NCBI GenBank assembly: GCA_002269645.1
Contig: NIVC01002301.1
Span: 6,948 to 70,947, forward strand
Origin: Macrostomum lignano
Lineage: Eukaryota
Length of the DNA: 64,000 bases
Direction: 5' to 3'
Position 1 is the stretch's first letter. Every line of letters starts with the position of its first letter. Under the pieces are notes generated by a model, which worked only from the letters and a program-made list of their open reading frames with translations, ran no database searches and was not told the origin of the DNA. The translations under genes were made by a program, and so were the position numbers. This document shows, in pieces, positions 61,090 to 64,000 of this stretch.

Positions 61090-62160
61090 CTAAACCTTTC
61101 TTAAGTCTTTTTCATCCACCCAGCCAGTCGAGTCGTAGCCCGCCCATTTCACCAGATAGCGAATTTTTCCCTTCCGCTTCTCCGTTTTCAGGATCTTCTC
61201 AATCACATACAGCCGCTGTGAGTCCGGGACAGCCTGCAGCTCGTGCTCATGGAAGAGTCCTCGAATCTCTTGCCCCCGCATGTCTTTAATCTTGTACATG
61301 TAGGGATAATGTTTTGGGGCTCTGCTCACCACGGTGTACACTTCCTCACTCCAGCTCGCTTTGTATCCCTTTTTGAATATCCGTGGAGCATTGGAAATTC
61401 TCACTGACTGGTTTTCAGCGAACTTAGGCTTCTTTAATTTTTCTAGAGTCTCGACTGCTTTTCCATCGTACAGGTTCATCCACACTTCAGATTCATTCTC
61501 TTTGCAGACACTAGTGGGTGCCATTTTGATGCTTCTGTGGTAGGTATTGTTGTAGGATTTTACCAGCTTAGGCAGCACATCAAGCCAGTGCAGTGTGCTC
61601 TTGTAGGTGAAGTAGCGCCACATTCTACTTTTCAGAGTTCGATTCCATCGCTCAATGACAGCTGCCTTCTGCTCGCTGTTAGTTGGGAAAGCCAGAATCC
61701 CTCTGTCAATGCAGTATTGACGGAAAGTGGAGTTGATAAATTCCTTCCCCTGATCTGTGCGAACTGTGCGTGGCTGGCGCTTTGAACTTCTCAGTATGCT
61801 CTCGAATGCTGACTTCACTTCTGCAGCAGATTTATTTTTCAGTGCCTTGGCCCAAGCACATTTTGAGAGCACGTCAATGCATGTGAGAATATATTTGTAG
61901 CCTTTATTATGCTTTGCGAATGGAATCATTTCCACTAAGTCAAGTTCCCACTGATCATCGATTGCGCGCACTATGATTGGGGCCCTTGGATATCGCCTCC
62001 TAGCTGGCTTGTGCAGAGTGTGCACTGGCTGCTCGCTGAGCCACTGCTCAATGCTCTTTGCAGATATTCGATCACCTCTTTGCCTCACTTCATGCAGCAA
62101 CTTTGAGGCACAAGAAAAACTAGCCGGTTGCTCAGGTTTCAAATAAATTTTCTCCATCAT
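61090..62160 (-). CDS. Integrase plus chromodomain, right-arm copy (intact)
   Basis: 356 aa; differs from the left copy at EQP/EQQ and KLKK/KLKE; DDE intact. Confidence 0.96.
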   Translation of the reverse strand: MMEKIYLKPEQPASFSCASKLLHEVRQRGDRISAKSIEQWLSEQPVHTLHKPARRRYPRAPIIVRAIDDQWELDLVEMIPFAKHNKGYKYILTCIDVLSKCAWAKALKNKSAAEVKSAFESILRSSKRQPRTVRTDQGKEFINSTFRQYCIDRGILAFPTNSEQKAAVIERWNRTLKSRMWRYFTYKSTLHWLDVLPKLVKSYNNTYHRSIKMAPTSVCKENESEVWMNLYDGKAVETLEKLKKPKFAENQSVRISNAPRIFKKGYKASWSEEVYTVVSRAPKHYPYMYKIKDMRGQEIRGLFHEHELQAVPDSQRLYVIEKILKTEKRKGKIRYLVKWAGYDSTGWVDEKDLRKV

Positions 62161-62480
62161 GGGTTTATCAAGATACGTGCCTATCCACCTGCTCTAGCTG
62201 TACAGTATTTTTTCTTAAGTAGAAATTTATATTCCAATTAAATGATAGAGAAACGAGTGGCAAATTAATTTATTACTGTCAGATTGAAACCTCTAACATC
62301 GTAACAGTCGGTGTATTTTCCGAAAGCAAACAATCCATAAAAACGAACACTAAAACACTCGCACACCAGCATTTCAGAAATAGCAGAGATAAAAAACAGC
62401 ATAGTGCCGTCAGGCTGGATAATCATGTGCAAGCTAAAAGTAATTTAGTTAGTCCAATGCATTCAAAGCATTCTAGCTGT

Positions 62481-63256
62481 TCAGTTATCAAAGCGAACAT
62501 TGGGCTGCAGCCTCATCGCGTCCTGCCGACGAAGTTGAAATGGCAGCTTTCGCTTCCTGCTGCTGCTGCTCACCGTCGAAGCCGCTGCATGCGCCCTGAA
62601 CTGATACCACACCGGATCTTCCTCAAGGTTGGTGTCCCGCTGCGGAAGCAGTCCAGCATCAGAATCAACCGAAGGTATCGGTGTGGATGTGATTGGCTCA
62701 GTCACAATGCGCGGCCTTGTGGGCGAGCTAACGTCCTCGTCATCAGCATGATCTCCGCCCTCATCAGTCTCCATTATGGGCTTCGTGTCCTGGTCAGCCT
62801 CCAACTTGAGCTTCTTGTCCTCTTCCTCCTCTTCCTCATCAGACTCCAGCTCGTACTGCATTGTGTTCCTCAAGGGAGCCACCAGCTGACCGTCGATCCA
62901 GGAGGCGATTTTCCAGAGCTTCTGCCACAGCGGCGGAGTCAGTGGTACGGCGTTTCGTCTCAAAAACTCCTCGCAGCAATCTTCCGGCAGCCGTTTGAGC
63001 CAAATGATGCCGCCTTTGACTTCCACAAACTTATCGAAGCCGAGTTTCACGACCTTGGGCTCGTTGTTGCGTGCAGAAATCACAAGTGAGCGTTTCACCT
63101 CCTTCAATTTCTTCCATTGGTGAACATTCAGGTTGAATCCTGGGACGCCTGGCTTCAGACTTGCCGTGCTGCCGTGTCGGTAAAATTGCGAATAGCGATA
63201 AATTTTTGTCCTTCAAACTCCTGGACTTGTGCCTTATAGCCTTCACAGATGTCCAT
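62481..63256 (-). CDS. Tandem PC4-like protein, right-arm copy (1-nt deletion near 63185)
   Basis: Reverse complement of 49834-50607 with cgcaatttt for cgcaagtttt and a 3-nt in-frame insertion (RLQPNV). Confidence 0.72.
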
Positions 63257-64000
63257 TTTCCTTTCGCAATTGAAAACTCACAAAAGTTAAAAGCTGAGGA
63301 AAATTTCGGATGAAATTTTGGATTTGAAAAATTGAGAATTCTTTCTTGTCAATTTCGGGGCTTATATACCCTCGACCGAACCACCCCAAACCACCCATCC
63401 CACTCCGGGCTCTGTGATTGGCTCTTTCGCAAACATTATTTCCAATTACATAGATTAACATCTTATCTCTGCAGTGTTAACCACCCCAATGCAAAGAGAT
63501 AGGCCGCCTCTCCTCCTATCTCTGCAGTGTTAACCACCCCAATGCAAAGAGATAGGCCGCCTCTCCTCCTATCTCTGCAGTGTTAACCACCCCAATGCAA
63601 AGAGATAGGCCGCCTCTCCTCCTATCTCTGCAGTGTTAACCATCTCCAGTGTAAAGAAATAGGCCGCCTCTTCTCCTATCACTCCTGTGTTAAGCAGAGA
63701 TAGAGCTCATATCTCTGCAGTGCTTAGCCGTCCCCAATGCACAGAGATAGAGCTCATATCTCTGCAGTGCTTAGCCGTCCCCAATGCACAGAGATAGAGC
63801 TCATATCTCTGCAGTGCTTAGCCGTCCCCAATGCACAGAGATAGAGCTCATATCTCTGCAGTGCTTAGCCGTCCCCATGCACAGAGATAGAGCTCATATC
63901 TCTGCAGTGCTTAGCCGTCCCCAATGCACAGAGATAGGGCTCATATCTCCGCAGTGTATTTTTCCCTATACATTGCATTGCCGCCTATCTCGCCAGTGCT

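Larger units (their letters stand above)
49107..64000. mobile_element. Polinton/Maverick (adintovirus-like) element rearranged as a giant palindrome, lacking pPolB
   Basis: Starts with the Polinton-type terminus AGTAGT. Arms 49107-55474 and 57624-64000(+~32 bp outside the window) are reverse complements. Carries integrase, double-jelly-roll MCP, minor capsid, adenain-like protease and packaging ATPase. Confidence 0.95.

Noticed and set aside
50227-63089. Antisense ORFs overlapping Polinton genes (e.g. 50227-50661, 52248-52682, 54164-54526, 62427-63089)
   Set aside because: Shadow frames of well-supported genes, with no recognisable motifs.
49107-64000. Simple missed-adapter or chimeric-read palindrome artefact
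   Set aside because: Such artefacts give near-identical arms with no unique spacer. Here there is a 2.15-kb spacer, many substitutions, in-frame and 6-bp indels, and different terminal repeat counts. A misjoin of two genomic copies is not fully excluded without reads.
49107-64000. Protein-primed DNA polymerase B gene
   Set aside because: No ORF of suitable size and no PolB motifs (DxxSLYP, YxDTDS) are found in any frame within the element.

Overview
Eukaryotic (metazoan) genomic DNA with GT-AG spliced genes and introns packed with mini- and microsatellites. The style suggests a flatworm such as Macrostomum, but that is inference only. Host genes, in order: the 3' end of a SPARC-like EF-hand gene (+, ~220-1524); a complete 10-exon atypical soluble guanylyl cyclase (-, 16389-4866); a 3-exon coiled-coil plus ubiquitin-like-domain gene (-, 20200-18145); a 2-exon rhodopsin-like GPCR (+, 24053-27553); and a long polycystin-1 (PKD1)-like gene (+, from 31580, running past 48890). 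Interspersed repeats include a tRNA-derived CORE-type SINE (3 copies), LINE 3' fragments, a 2.2-kb solo-LTR-like element with a CATG target-site duplication, and several MITE/TIR elements. The dominant feature is 49107-64000+, a Polinton/Maverick (adintovirus-like) element folded into a ~15-kb palindrome. Two ~6.4-kb inverted arms carry a PC4-like gene, integrase, minor capsid, a basic core-like protein, major capsid, protease and ATPase, around a 2.15-kb unique spacer. It has no protein-primed DNA polymerase B, so it resembles a copy-back defective element. The spacer carries a TATA-binding-protein (TBP)-like ORF, possibly fused to a DEDD-like exonuclease, and the arms carry a tandem-PC4 gene behind a CCAAT/TATA promoter, which suggests an element-encoded transcription/ssDNA-binding module. 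All homology calls are from remembered motifs; no database search was run.
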